From Eledone cirrhosa (taxonomy: Eukaryota): a DNA stretch of 64,000 nt. The stretch is from assembly GCA_964016885.1 (NCBI GenBank), contig OZ024743.1, positions 80,848,001-80,912,000 of the forward strand. The letters are read 5' to 3'. Shown here one piece after another: positions 29,505 through 43,532 of the stretch. The translations under genes were made by a program, and so were the position numbers. Under the pieces are notes generated by a model. It worked only from the letters and a program-made list of their open reading frames with translations. It was not told where the DNA came from and did not search any database. The stretch's first letter is position 1, and every line of letters starts with the position of its first letter.

Positions 29505-29712
29505 TATTAGGTCTCAATAGTGAATCTTGTTACTCTGGAGTTTTACCTGTCTATCAGAGGGTCATCAGTTAAGAACTTGTCTGACGACCCTGTTATAAAC
29601 AGGGGAAACTCCAGCGTAACAAGACTCACGACTTAGTCATAATAAAATGAATATTAAAATTCCTCTTCCGTAAGAGGAGTTTTAATATTCATTTTATTAT
29701 AACTAAGTCGTA
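29505..29712. mobile_element. Double fold-back with two divergent HHR motifs
   Basis: Plus HHR 29576-29623 (cttgt CTGACGA ccctgtt-ata-aacaggg GAAA ctccagcg TA acaag), a diverged minus copy at 29525-29572, then a second hairpin at 29628-29712. Confidence 0.8.
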
Positions 29713-29946
29713 GCAAAGACGACGGCTAGCAAAACCTTCAATGAACTCATATGTTTGCTGGGCACACAAGCAATAGGACGTGTGTTTTTTCCTGCCAGCG
29801 ACATATCAAACATATCGGTTATTCATCTGAGTGTACCGTTCTCATAATCAACAGCAAATGCATGAAGGGCATCCCAATTGCTTGAAGAACCGTTGACATA
29901 ATTATAATGATTAAACGATATATGTAACCTCAGAATCTGATTTTGC

Positions 29947-29987
<41 letters not shown>

Positions 29988-30462
29988 AGAAAAACCACAA
30001 ACCCTCCATCTCTATTCTACTTTTGAAAAGCATAAGAACTGTGAAACCGGTAAAGGGAAAATATAAATATTCTTAAAAAGACTCCAGTTGCATTTTCGAT
30101 TTCATCTCTTTTCCTTATACTTTCACTCGTAGGACATCTCGCTTTTTTTTTCATTTAAAAAAAAAACTCATTTTCTCATATATAAACAAAGGAGTGAAGA
30201 GTATAATAGGGATCAGCTGTACACTAGGGTTTATTGGAATAAACCCTAGTGTATAACCGATCCCTGTTCTTCTTCACCGCTTTATTATTAATACTTTAGG
30301 AACCGCTTACCTAGGAACTGTCTGGAATTGGCCACCCGAACACCACAACTAGGTAAACATGTCCAGTCAAACAACGCCGAACGTTAGAAATATCCTCGAT
30401 ACAGAGTACTCATAACCTCTACTTGGATTGCCTTAACTATAACTCGTTATCTTACATAACGA

Positions 30463-30512
<50 letters not shown>

Positions 30513-30671
30513 GTTATCATATACATAAAATTAAAGATATATGTATGTTGCAACTGTTCACTTTTAAGCTCAATGAAGAATTAATAAATTAAAATAAAAA
30601 AATCAGAGCATTATATCATAAATCATGTCTATAGAATATCTGATGATTCTATAGACATGATTTATATATAT

Positions 30672-30750
<79 letters not shown>

Positions 30751-30757
30751 ATATATG

Positions 30758-30861
<104 letters not shown>

Positions 30862-31377
30862 TATATTTTTATATACACATGTGTGTGTGTGTGTAATAAG
30901 TAAACAGAAATGAAAAGACAAACTGCACATTACAATGAAGAAATATATTAATTTAACGCTTGAAACAATGCGAAAAGTGTCTTAACTTTTCTGACACTAG
31001 TCCTTCATCAGAAGATAGAATGAGAAATAAAAAATGAATTAGAAAGATAAAGAATGAGAACGGAAACAAAATTGAGAATAAAGAAGCACATGTACGTATT
31101 CAATCAACTAATTTGGTGATGAGAAGCGGGTTTCTTGGAAGCCGCTGCAATGCAGGCGTGATTGTAACAACTGAGGTTACAAAAGCTGATGTGTAATGAG
31201 AGAGATGGGGTTAAGTGCAAAGAAGGGAGAAGAGGAAGAAAAATAATTGTAATACGTGCCACAATGAGGTTTCCAAATGAGATGCAACCTAACAGATGGC
31301 AAGCTAAATCTACCTAGGTGTTACCTCTATATTTGTTCATTATTAGGACATTTTACATATGATCGGTTAATAATTAG

Positions 31378-31498
31378 CTTCTTCTTCTTCTTCTTCTTCT
31401 TCTTCTTCTTCTTCTTCTTCTTCTTCTTCTTCTTCTTCTTCTTCTTCTTCTTCTTCTTCTTCTTCTTCTTCTTCTTCTTCTTCTTCTTCTTCTTCTTC
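31378..31498. repeat. (CTT)n microsatellite
   Basis: Direct inspection. Confidence 0.95.
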
Positions 31499-31499
31499 T

Positions 31500-31875
31500 A
31501 TATTTCGGCCGCTTGTATTCACGATCATATTCTTTTGGTCATTACCCAAGATTCATAACCATAGGTAAAGGTTGGCATAAATACCGAACTGAAGATAGCG
31601 AGTTTGGCTTTTACATTTACCTCCCTTCTGGCTTTTACACCTACCTCCCTTCTGACTGTTACACTTACCCCCCCCCCCCCGGGCTATTACACCTACCTCC
31701 CTTCTCGTTTTTACACCTACCTCCCTTCTCGCTTTTACACCTACCTCCCTCCTGGCTATTACACCTAACTCCTTCCTGGCTATTACACCTACCTCCTTCT
31801 GGCTATTACACCTATCTCCCTCCTGACTTTTACACCTACCTCTCTTCTGGCTTTTACATCTACCTCCCTTCTGAT
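31500..31875 (-). pseudogene. RTE fragment containing a 24 bp minisatellite (31606-31875)
   Basis: Minus strand reads RREVNVKAKLAIFSSVFMPTFTYGYESWVMTKRI..IQAAEI. The unit ggcttttacacctacctcccttct is amplified from within it. Confidence 0.75.
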
Positions 31876-32556
31876 TACTGAACGTTGAAGCTGTGCCTTA
31901 CTGCACCATGGAAAATATTGAATACATAAGAAGTGCAACTAACCTCTAAAGGAATAAGAGTAAAACAATGAACTGCAGTAAAAATACTGATGTTTCCAGG
32001 TACCAGACACATTTCGTACCATCAGAACTTTGCGAACATTCCAACTTGTTTACATTGGAAAAAAATAGCGTAGTAAAATGAATTTCATCATCATAACATA
32101 TGTATATGACTGACTTCTACATCTTCAGTCTATTATATTTCCCCATAAGGAATTGGTCAACCCGAGGCGATAAGAAATTATCTCAATGTGTTGTATTGAT
32201 ATTAGCATCTTTAATTATAGTTTTATTAATGAATATAACGTACTAATTATTGTTTCTGTGATTCGTTTAAATGAAGTTTATCACAACCCCGAGGTGTGGG
32301 TATGTATATTAGCTTCAATAACGATGGACATCAAGATGACTATTAATTTTTTCAAATATTCCATGTCCAGCTGTTTATATTTACAAACAGAGAAAGAAAA
32401 CAAGAGCACAGTAAAAGTATATAATACTATAATAATGAAAGAAGGGAGATAACTGATAAGGAGACAAACTCTACACCCTTGGATGGTTGGTATATTTTAG
32501 CTGGACACCGTGGTCAAAGAAGCGAACCTATTGCCGCATGTATGTATGTATGTGTG

Positions 32557-32624
<68 letters not shown>

Positions 32625-33123
32625 GGAGAAGGCAACTCAGGAAACTGGGATAACTCCGATATAAACCTGCGGCTCAGTAGTTTCCGATGATGTTGATCTA
32701 TTCTTCTTTTCGGGTTAGAACTACTGTCACCCAGAGAGTGGGATTGGCTCAGTGCAGTCTTTCCTCACTTTAAAAAAATCTTCACGAACAGGCATTGCAC
32801 GATAGAATTAATTAATAATTATTAATAATGGTATATCGTGCAATGGCCATACTCGATAACGAGGGGACAGCCAACATATATGTATGTATGTTCTTCTGGT
32901 TTTATAATTTCACAAAATTTTACCAATAGAGAGAGAGAGTCGGTTTCTAACATAGACACAAACTCTCTCATTGGAATTTACACAACATCAGCTAGGTAGA
33001 TATGTATGTATGTCTACATGCATGCATGTGTAGGTATGGATGTTATTATGTGTATGTGTATGCTTTGAGTTATATGTGTGTATGTGCATATGCTTTGTAT
33101 CTCTATATGTGTATATGCAATTA

Positions 33124-33690
33124 CTAGATGCAGAATTTTTGGAATGTTTTACATATTTTTACTGTTCCATTAATGGATTGTACTTGTAATTTCCTAACTA
33201 GTCGTGTTCTTTCTATTTTTGTGAAGCCCAGCTTCTCAAAGTTTTTATTGAGGCAGTTACTAACATATCCCAGTGTCCCAATAATCACAGGTATAAATCT
33301 GAAGGTGTAATCAGGGTGAAGTATCTGCAGATTTCTCATTAGTTCTGCATAAATATTCTCTTTTTCACTAATCTTTAATATTATATTGGCATCAGCTGGG
33401 TAGCTAACTTCCACTACTGTGCATGCCTTCTTTTCCCTGTGCCATATCATTATATCTGGTCTGTTATACCTGCATTTTATTGGCTTTTTTACTGGAACAT
33501 TCCACCAGTACTCTTTCATATTATGTACATGGATGCCTTCCACATTGCTGTAACGTTTAATGTGTTTATTATCGGGGCTATCTTTTCTACGGATTGCATT
33601 GTACAGTGTTTTGGCCACTACATCATGCCTCAAAAGCATATCCTTCAAGGTGGGAGCCAATATTGCGGTTGTGGGTCCAAGATTGAAAGA
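33124..33690 (-). pseudogene. R4/Dong-like non-LTR retrotransposon restriction-like endonuclease domain
   Basis: RHDVVAKTLY...YWWNVPV...NRPDIMIW...VVEVSYPAD.NI..K..EKENIYAEL...PVIIGTLG (RHD plus PD-(D/E)xK type), followed by a simple-repeat tail. Confidence 0.85.
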
Positions 33691-33837
33691 TTTTTTGCTG
33701 ATAAGCATGCAGCTCTTCATCCATGGATTCACTGCTGAGCGACTTCCCTGGGTGGTTTTGATTATCATGCAGGGAATATCTTTCGGAGAGTTCCTTCCCA
33801 ACTTTCATGATCTTAGCTGTCTCATGTGTATATTAAT

Positions 33838-34300
33838 CGAGGATATAATGACACAATATTATATGCACCTATATATATTAACCGAGGGATATATAATTGT
33901 TTCTACTTTAGGCACAAGGCCAGAAATTACGCCAGTGCATTACTGGTACTTTATTTTATCGACCCCGTAAGGATGAAAGGTAAAGTCAACCTCGGCGGGA
34001 TTTGAACTCAGATCGTAAAGGGACGTAACTATGCTGGAAAGGGATATATAATGACACACAATAGTATATACACCTGTATATATTAACATAGAGATTTATA
34101 ATGACACAATATTATATACAACTATATATATATTAGCAGAGAGATATATAATGACACAGTATTATATACACCTATATATATTAGCAGAGAGATATATAAT
34201 GACATAGTGTTCTATACACCTATATATATTAGTAGAGAGATATATAATGACACAGTATTATATACACCTGTATATATTAGTAGAGAGATATATAATGAGA
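33838..34300. repeat. ~48 bp minisatellite interrupted by a SINE (33897-34040, minus)
   Basis: Unit agagatatataatgacacagtattatatacacctatatatattagcag occurs on both sides of the SINE. Confidence 0.85.
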
Positions 34301-34780
34301 AACTATATCATTGAAACGTTATTGGCTGGGACTTGAACATGTCCTTATCAGTGGCATAGCAGTACAGGGCTACAACATCATCAAAGAAGTTTAGTTTATT
34401 ACTGTTTGAAGTAATGGTTGTTACACATACATACACATGAACACATACTCTCACACACTCACACACATACTGGCATACACATGCACACACAAAGACATAT
34501 ACATGTGTAAGTTGGTATGTATTAATATATGTATGCATGTATGTATGTATGTATTATGTAAGTATATATGTATGTATATATATATATGTAAGTATATATA
34601 TATGTATGTATATATATATGTAAGTATATATATATGCATGTATATATATATGTAAGTATATATATATATATGTATGTATATATATATATATGTAAGTATA
34701 TATATATATATATATATGTATGTATGCGCTGACATGGCCGCAGTCTGCTGACAGAAACCAGTAAGAGAATAAAAGAAAAT

Positions 34781-34858
<78 letters not shown>

Positions 34859-35025
34859 TACGTGAGAGGGAGGGCAGATGAATGCCGTATGGAGCTGCGC
34901 GCCAGATCACGACTGATGTGCTTCGTTTAATACAAGACAGATCCACCTCCCTCTCATAGTCACGAAGCTTCCGATTTCACTTCTTGAAGATACTTCTCCA
35001 AAAAGAAGAAAGAACACCCCATCGC

Positions 35026-35112
<87 letters not shown>

Positions 35113-36805
35113 ATTTATCTCTCACCATTAGTTTATCAAAGGTGGAAATAACTCCCTTAGAATGACTGCCAGCCCACTGTCATCAGTATTCTCATTCAAG
35201 ATATCCTTGGTTGCCGACTGCCTGGAGAACTGTTTGTGAAGTCTGCTCTGCTAGAGCTAATATATTCTCACAGCCAGCTAAGTTCCCCCAACGTGGTTAT
35301 GTTTTCCGGTTGAAGCGAATCTCTTCCATTGACACCGCTAGCGTTCTTCAGAAAAGCACGTACATCATAATCCTCCATTTTCGTTTCCTGAAAATGAAAT
35401 AAAAATTCTTGTGCTTAGTCTAAAAGAAAAGAAAATGGCATTTGTGCTGTGCTTAGTATAAAAGAACCGACATTTAGTAAATTGCGACGTATTTATAAAA
35501 ATAAAAAGAATTCTTTAAAAAACAAAAATAATGAAAATTATAACATTCTTTCAAGATCAGAAAATAATATAAAAACTTAAAGTGAGTTAGTTGGTGGAAA
35601 ACTATAATTGCAGGAATTTAAATAGGAAAATTAATTAAATAGTATTTATATGTGAATCTTGGAGTTTAACTCAGTGAAAGATACATTTAATTCTCATACA
35701 TATAAAATGGTAATAAAGAAACTCTTTTACTTTGGTTTTGTTATTTAACAACAATACATTCCTCAAAAGGTTTACTACGGCATCTGGTTATGGTGGAATA
35801 TATCTAGAGATATCTCACAATAGGATCGAACACGGGATTTCATGATTGTACATCGTACTTGCTAACTCTTCGGGTATACTTGTATTGATAGGCTTGGCAC
35901 TGCTGTTCTTAAATTAAGCAGATGAAATACACTATGGCCTAAGGCAGATAATTCTCTCAGGTATTACTGTAACTGCTCCCTACCATTTGAAATGTGGAAA
36001 GAAACACTCGTTCTAGTGATGGTATAGCACTTCCCCAGCAGGCTGGACTCACATGGGACGTAATTGGACCTTAAGATTGCATACAACTTTCTCGGCTAGT
36101 TGGACTCTAGTACACTGTAATTGTTTCAGAATAGAGGCAGATAGTGTAACCCTACACCCAACTGGCAGGCTAGCTCCCCATGGGAAATAATTAGCCAAAA
36201 TCTAACACTGGGTATACCTCTTCCCTAGTAGATTGGTTTCTAGTGGGAATTATTTGGCATAAAAAAGGGATCATGAACATCTTTAAATAACAGTTTAAAT
36301 ATGTTTATGACGATTTGTACTTTGTTCTAAGTGGAGATAATGACGAGAAAAATATCAAACATTCATAGTATGGAAATCTTCTATATCACTTAGTTACACT
36401 GTGTCCCCAATATTGAAGTTCATCAGGCCGCAGCTTATCCTAGATTGACGATGTAGTAAGCCAGTGAAGGTACAAGTGCCTTCAATGAAACGGAGGCCAA
36501 TTATCCCCGAGATTAATTCCCAGATATACATATTTCCAAGTTAGTGGATTGGAACAACATAAAACGAAGTGCTCTCTTTATTGAAAGTCACGAACTACTG
36601 CCTACAACGGGGACTAATATGTGGCTATAGAATCGTGACCCTAATCCTTCTAACTACAGCCATGATTCTTCAGTGTTTGCCACATGTTTTGAACGATGAA
36701 AGTTGAACAGAGTTTCAGTTCTAGAAATTAAAGTGACGTAAAAAGATACTGTAAAATATTTGTTTGTTCACAGCTCACACAATTCTACCAATCCATGGCG
36801 ATGAG

Positions 36806-36931
36806 TACTGCTGCTGCTACTACTACTACTACTACTACTACTACCATCACCACCACCACCACCACCACCACTACTACTACTAATATTACAGCTACTACTA
36901 CTACCACCACCACCACCACCACCACCACCAA

Positions 36932-36979
<48 letters not shown>

Positions 36980-37060
36980 CATCACAACCACCACCACCAC
37001 CACCACTACTACTACTACTAATACTACAACTACTACCACCACCACCACCACCACCACCAA

Positions 37061-37116
<56 letters not shown>
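36806..37116. repeat. (CTA)n/(CCA)n compound microsatellite
   Basis: Direct inspection. Confidence 0.95.
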
Positions 37117-37342
37117 ACCTATACATGAGCAGTTGCCCTCCTCTGCTCTCTGAACTCTCCAGCCTACAGGTACATGTTCAGAGTAGAGCCCATTCACTAA
37201 GGCCATCCTCGTTTAATTCACCCACCTTTTAATAAATGTATCGAGGGGCAGCAATTCACTGCTCTTTCGCCCTCACTTTGTGATGCCACTTCTGGCTGTC
37301 GCAATTTTATGGAAATCATTCTGCTCTCCTTTGCCGACAACA

Positions 37343-39850
37343 CCTAGGGTAGGCTGGTTGTCTCATTCGGCCCCTGTGTATTGTCACTTCACCTAGAGTG
37401 GGGTGGTCACCTAGGGTAGGCTGGTTGTCTCATTCGGCCCCTGTGTATTGTCACTTCACCTAGAGTGGGGTGGTCACCTAGGGTAGGGTGGTTGTCTCAT
37501 TCGGCCCCTGTGTATTGTCACTTCACCTATGGTAGGCTGGTTGTCTCATTCGGCCCCTGTGTATTGTCACTTCACCTAGGGTAGGCTGGTTGTCTCATTC
37601 GGCCCCTGTGTATTGTCACTTCACCTAGAGTGGGGTGGTCACCTAGGGTAGGCTGGTTGTCTCATTCGGCCCCTGTGTATTGTCACTTCACCTAGAGTGG
37701 GGTGGTCACCTAGGGTAGGGTGGTTGTCTCATTCGGCCCCTGTGTATTGTCACTTCACCTATGGTAGGCTGGTTGTCTCATTCGGCCCCTGTGTATTGTC
37801 ACTTCACCTAGGGTAGGCTGGTTGTCTCATTCGGCCCCTGTGTATTGTCACTTCACCTAGAGTGGGGTGGTCACCTAGGGTAGGCTGGTTGTCTCATTCG
37901 GCCCCTGTGTATTGTCACTTCACCTAGAGTGGGGTGGTCACCTAGGGTAGGGTGGTTGTCTCATTCGGCCCCTGTGTATTGTCACTTCACCTATGGTAGG
38001 CTGGTTGTCTCATTCGGCCCCTGTGTATTGTCACTTCACCTAGAGTGGGGTGGTCACCTATGGTAGGGTGGTTGTCTCATTCGGCCCCTGTGTATTGTCA
38101 TTTCACCTAGAGTGAGGTGGTCACCTATGGTAGGCTGGTTGTCTCATTCGGCCCCTGTGTATTGTCACTTCACCTAGAGTGGGGTGGTCACCTATGGTAG
38201 GGTGGTTGTCTCATTCGGCCCCTGTGTATTGTCACTTCACCTAGAGTGGGGTGGTCACCTAGGGTAGGCTGGTTGTCTCATTCGGCCCCTGTGTATTGTC
38301 ACTTCACCTATGGTAGGCTGGTTGTCTCATTCGGCCCCTGTGTATTGTCACTTCACCTAGAGTGGGGTGGTCACCTAGGGTAGGCTGGTTGTCTCATTCG
38401 GCCCCTGTGTATTGTCACTTCACCTATGGTAGGCTGGTTGTCTCATTCGGCCCCTGTGTATTGTCACTTCACCTAGAGTGGGGTGGTCACCTAGGGTAGG
38501 CTGGTTGTCTCATTCGGCCCCTGTGTATTGTCACTTCACCTAGAGTGGGGTGGTCACCTAGGGTAGGCTGGTTGTCTCATTCGGCCCCTGTGTATTGTCA
38601 CTTCACCTAGAGTGGGGTGGTCACCTAGGGTAGGCTGGTTGTCTCATTCGGCCCCTGTGTATTGTCACTTCACCTAGAGTGGGGTGGTCACCTAGGGTAG
38701 GCTGGTTGTCTCATTCGGCCCCTGTGTATTGTCACTTCACCTAGAGTGGGGTGGTCACCTAGGATAGGCTGGTTGTCTCATTCGGCCCCTGTGTATTGTC
38801 ACTTCACCTATGGTAGGCTGGTTGTCTCATTCGGCCCCTGTGTATTGTCACTTCACCTAGAGTAGGGTGGTCACCTATGGTAGGGTGGTTGTCTCATTCG
38901 GCCCCTGTGTATTGTCACTTCACCTAGAGTGGGGTGGTCACCTATGGTAGGCTGGTTGTCTCATTCGGCCCCTGTGTATTGTCACTTCACCTAGAGTGGG
39001 GTGGTCACCTATGGTAGGCTGGTTGTCTCATTCGGCCCCTGTGTATTGTCACTTCACCTAGAGTGGGGTGGTCACCTATGGTAGGCTGGTTGTCTCATTC
39101 GGCCCCTGTGTATTGTCACTTCACCTATGGTAGGCTGGTTGTCTCATTCGGCCCCTGTGTATTGTCACTTCACCTAGAGTGGGGTGGTCACCTATGGTAG
39201 GCTGGTTGTCTCATTCGGCCCCTGTGTATTGTCACTTCACCTATGGTAGGCTGGTTGTCTCATTCGGCCCCTGTGTATTGTCACTTCACCTAGAGTGGGG
39301 TGGTCACCTAGGATAGGCTGGTTGTCTCATTCGGCCCCTGTGTATTGTCACTTCACCTATGGTAGGCTGGTTGTCTCATTCGGCCCCTGTGTATTGTCAC
39401 TTCACCTATGGTAGGCTGGTTGTCTCATTCGGCCCCTGTGTATTGTCACTTCACCTAGAGTGGGGTGGTCACCTATGGTAGGCTGGTTGTCTCATTCGGC
39501 CCCTGTGTATTGTCACTTCACCTATGGTAGGCTGGTTGTCTCATTCGGCCCCTGTGTATTGTCACTTCACCTAGAGTGGGGTGGTCACCTAGGATAGGCT
39601 GGTTGTCTCATTCGGCCCCTGTGTATTGTCACTTCACCTATGGTAGGCTGGTTGTCTCATTCGGCCCCTGTGTATTGTCACTTCACCTATGGTAGGCTGG
39701 TTGTCTCATTCGGCCCCTGTGTATTGTCACTTCACCTAGAGTGGGGTGGTCACCTAGGATAGGCTGGTTGTCTCATTCGGCCCCTGTGTATTGTCACTTC
39801 ACCTATGGTAGGCTGGTTGTCTCATTCGGCCCCTGTGTATGGCCACTTCA
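37343..39850. repeat. Homogeneous two-module minisatellite (49 bp unit with an optional 18 bp module)
   Basis: ccta(g/t)ggtaggctggttgtctcattcggcccctgtgtattgtcacttca, with or without cctagagtggggtggtca; about 40 units. Confidence 0.95.
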
Positions 39851-39930
39851 TTAAGTTGACCACTTCTGCCCATTAATCGTCAACATCTTTGTATGTCTCA
39901 GCTGAATAGTTTACCTGCTTTTACAACCTT

Positions 39931-41318
39931 GGCTGCAGTTGTGTTGTTGCTGTTGTTGTTGTTGTTGGTGTTGCTGCTGCTGTTGTTGTTGCTGCTGTTG
40001 TTGCAGTTGTGTTGCTGTTGTTATTGTTGTTGTTGTTGCTGCAGTTGTGTTGTTGTTGTTATTGTTGTTGTTGTTGCTGCAGTTGTGTTTTGTTGTTGTT
40101 GCTGTTGTTGTTGTTTTTGTTGTTGTTTTTGTTGTTGTTGTTGTTGCTGCAGTTGTGTTGCTGCTGTTGTTGTTGTTGTTGTTGCTGCAGTTGTGTTGCT
40201 GTTGTTGTTGTTGTTGTTGCTGCTGCAGTTGTGTTGCTGTTGTTATTGTTGTTGTTGTTGCTGCAGTTGTGTTTTGTTGTTGTTGCTGTTGTTGTTGTTT
40301 TTGTTGTTGTTTTTGCTGTTGTTGTTGCTGCAGTTGTGTTGCTGCTGTTGTTGTTGTTGTTGTTGTTGCTGCAGTTGTGTTGCTATTGTTGTTGTTGTTG
40401 TTGCTGCTGCAGTTGTGTTGTTGTTGTTATTGTTGTTGTTGTTGCTGCAGTTGTGTTTTGTTGTTGTTGTTGTTGTTGTTGTTTTTGTTGTTGTTTTTGT
40501 TGTTGTTGTTGTTGCTGCAGTTGTGTTGCTGCTGTTGTTGTTGTTGTTGTTGTTGCTGCAGTTGTGTTTTGTTGTTGTTGCTGTTGTTGTTGTTTTTGTT
40601 GTTGTTTTTGCTGTTGTTGTTGCTGCAGTTGTGTTGCTGCTGCTGTTGTTGTTGTTGTTGTTGTTGCTGCAGTTGTGTTGCTATTGTTGTTGTTGTTGTT
40701 GCTGCTGCAGTTGTGTTGTTGTTGTTATTGTTGTTGTTGTTGCTGCAGTTGTGTTTTGTTGTTGTTGCTGTTGTTGTTGTTTTTGTTGTTGTTTTTGTTG
40801 TTGTTGTTGTTGCTGCAGTTGTGTTGCTGCTGTTGTTGTTGTTGTTGTTGTTGCTGCAGTTGTGTTTTGTTGTTGTTGCTGTTGTTGTTGTTTTTGTTGT
40901 TGTTTTTGTTGTTGTTGTTGTTGCTGCAGTTGTGTTGCTGCTGTTGTTGTTGTTGTTGTTGTTGTTGCTGCAGTTGTGTTGCTGTTGTTGTTGTTGTTGT
41001 TGCTGCAGTTGTGTTTTGTTGTTGTTGCTGTTGTTGTTGCTGTTGTTGTTGTTTTTCTTGTTGTTGTTGTTGCTGCAGTTGTGTTGCTGCTGTTGTTATT
41101 GTTGTTGTTGTTGTTGCTGCAGTTGTGTTGATGTTGTTTTTGTTGTTGTTGCTGCAATTGTGTTGATGCTGTTGTTGTTTTTGTTGTTGTTGTTTTTGTT
41201 GTTGTTGTTGTTGTTCTTGCTGCAGTTGTGTTGCTGCTGTTGTTGTTGCTGCAGTTATGTTGCTGTTGTTGTTGTTGTTGCTGCAGTTGTGTTGCTGCTG
41301 TTGTTGTTGCTGCAGCTG

Positions 41319-41352
<34 letters not shown>

Positions 41353-41358
41353 ATTATT

Positions 41359-41397
<39 letters not shown>

Positions 41398-41407
41398 GAT
41401 GCAGTTC

Positions 41408-41441
<34 letters not shown>

Positions 41442-41457
41442 GATGCAGTTCTGTTGC

Positions 41458-41494
<37 letters not shown>

Positions 41495-41705
41495 GCTGCA
41501 GTTGTTGTTTTTGTTGTTGTTGTTGTTGCTGAAGTTGTGTTGCTGCTGTTGTTGTTGTTCCTGCAGTTGTGTTGCTGCCGTTGTGTTGCTGTTGCTGTTG
41601 TTATTGTTGTTGTTGTTCTTGTTGTTGTTGTTGTTGTTGTTGCTGAAGTTGCGTTGTTGTTGTTGTTGTTGTTGTTGTTTTTGCTGTTGTTGTTGTTGTT
41701 GCTGT
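39931..41705. repeat. (GTT)n-based complex repeat punctuated by gctgcagttgtgtt
   Basis: Direct inspection; longer blocks recur. Confidence 0.95.
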
Positions 41706-42389
41706 TTATGCAGAGGGATGTAACTTCCGTGTTTCAAAAGTTTTATGGATGCCAATATAATTTTAAAATTTAAACTATTGTTCCCAAAGCCCAAATATGG
41801 CAGGGGTCTCCCTTCTTCAGAGCAAACACTGATTGTTGCCTTATGTCCACTTTGTTAACTAAATCTATCAGTAAATATCGATGAAACCAAACTTACGGGA
41901 GCCAACTTCAAACGTATCAACGACTGAACAAACAAATTAATATTAATAATAATAATAATAATTGATATAAAACAATGAATGAACTCAGTAAGTTTGAGAT
42001 CTAAATTCATATTCTATGTAAATACAATTTATTAACATTTCCAGTAGATAAATTTGTTTTTAAGTAGGTATAAATATATAATTTGACACAAATATCATAA
42101 TTTATTTGTCAATTTTAAGTAAATTGAAACAAATATAAATGTGAACAAAAAAACTGCCAAGAAAAGGAAAAACTGGAACAACGACTGCAACAACAATATC
42201 AACAACAACAACAAAAATATCAACAACAACAACAACAATATCAACAACAACAACAACAAAAGAATCAAAGAAATAAATTAAAAACAAATGTGAAAACAAT
42301 TGCTATATATTAGATATCAATTAAAAGATATTTTTTATTAAATGCATATATTCATATTATTGGTTATTGATATATTATGCCAATAATAT

Positions 42390-42441
<52 letters not shown>

Positions 42442-42550
42442 TAAAGTTAGTGCATTTAAAAACATACACACACCCATACACTGATCTATGTATATTAATA
42501 TGTATGTATGAATCTAAATATGTATGTATGTATGTATCTAAACATGTATG

Positions 42551-43158
42551 TCAGGTCACCACTTGGTGCTACTGGTAACATGTATCCCAGTACAACCTGT
42601 CTCATGGTCGGGTCGTTGGCGACTAAACTGGCAACCCCACCAAGGTTTCTTGGTGAGGAGGGTGACTTTGGACATCCTGAAGGATTAAAAACAAAACCTG
42701 TCAAAGGGCAAAGAAACTCTTAATAGTCAATGACCATCCAAAATCGCCGGGAGAGATGACCCCTTAGCCTTTGTCAAGGCAGAATTCTAGGAGAAGGAAA
42801 ATTCTGATATAACACCTGCAACCCTGATGGTATCCAATGATTTTGACTTGTTCTTCTTTTTGATAAATATCATCTTGGTTAAGAGAGTGGGACTGGCTTT
42901 GTGCAGTGCCTTTGTTCACTATAAAAGCTTCACGGCACAGGCGTCGCTTTATATCTGGAGATCTCTCTGCACTTGTCATCACATGGTACCATGGGCCCAG
43001 CACTATATGTCAATAATTGTCACAGGTGTAGTGTTTGTACCAGAGTTTTCAAGTCGCTGGCTGGACTAAAAAGTCACACCAGTTCAGCGCATCGGTAGGG
43101 GTTCTCCTACGTGGATATAATGTAGTGGCCGTACTCGAAAACGAGTCGGCAGCCACCA
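42551..43158 (+). mobile_element. ~600 bp non-autonomous element, probably RTE-derived
   Basis: The 3' end encodes a C2H2-like HRCSVCTRVFKSLAGLKSH and is followed by a (TATG)n tail. A similar copy lies on the minus strand at 45675-46223. Confidence 0.7.
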
Positions 43159-43401
43159 AATATGTATGTATGCATCTAAATATGTATGTATGTATCTAAA
43201 TATGTATAATTGTATGTATGCATGTGTGCGTATATATATATATATGTATATTTGTATGTGTGTTTGTATGTGTGTTTGATATATGAACCAATGTGTAAGT
43301 ACATATGTACGTCTAGTTGTTCTCTCCCCCTCTCTTAGCTAAGATACTAAGAGCTGCTGAAATAACATACCCTGTACTATAAATGTATTAAATTATTTAA
43401 C

Positions 43402-43532
43402 ATAGAGTTACGGCCCTTTATGATGTGAGCTCAAATCCCGCCAAGGTTAACTTTGGCTTTCATCCTTGCAGGGTCGATAAAATAAAGTACCAGTAATGCA
43501 CTCGGTAATTGCTGGCCTTGTGCGAAAAGTAG
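43402..43532 (+). mobile_element. SINE, 5'-truncated
   Basis: Matches the 14970-15162 consensus. Confidence 0.85.

Noticed and set aside
37343-39850. CRISPR-like look of a constant repeat with an intervening short segment
   Set aside because: The intervening 18 bp module is invariant rather than a unique spacer, there are no cas genes, and the context is eukaryotic.
39893-41794. 400-480 aa poly-C/V/L/Q ORFs
   Set aside because: Translations of a (GTT)n-derived repeat.
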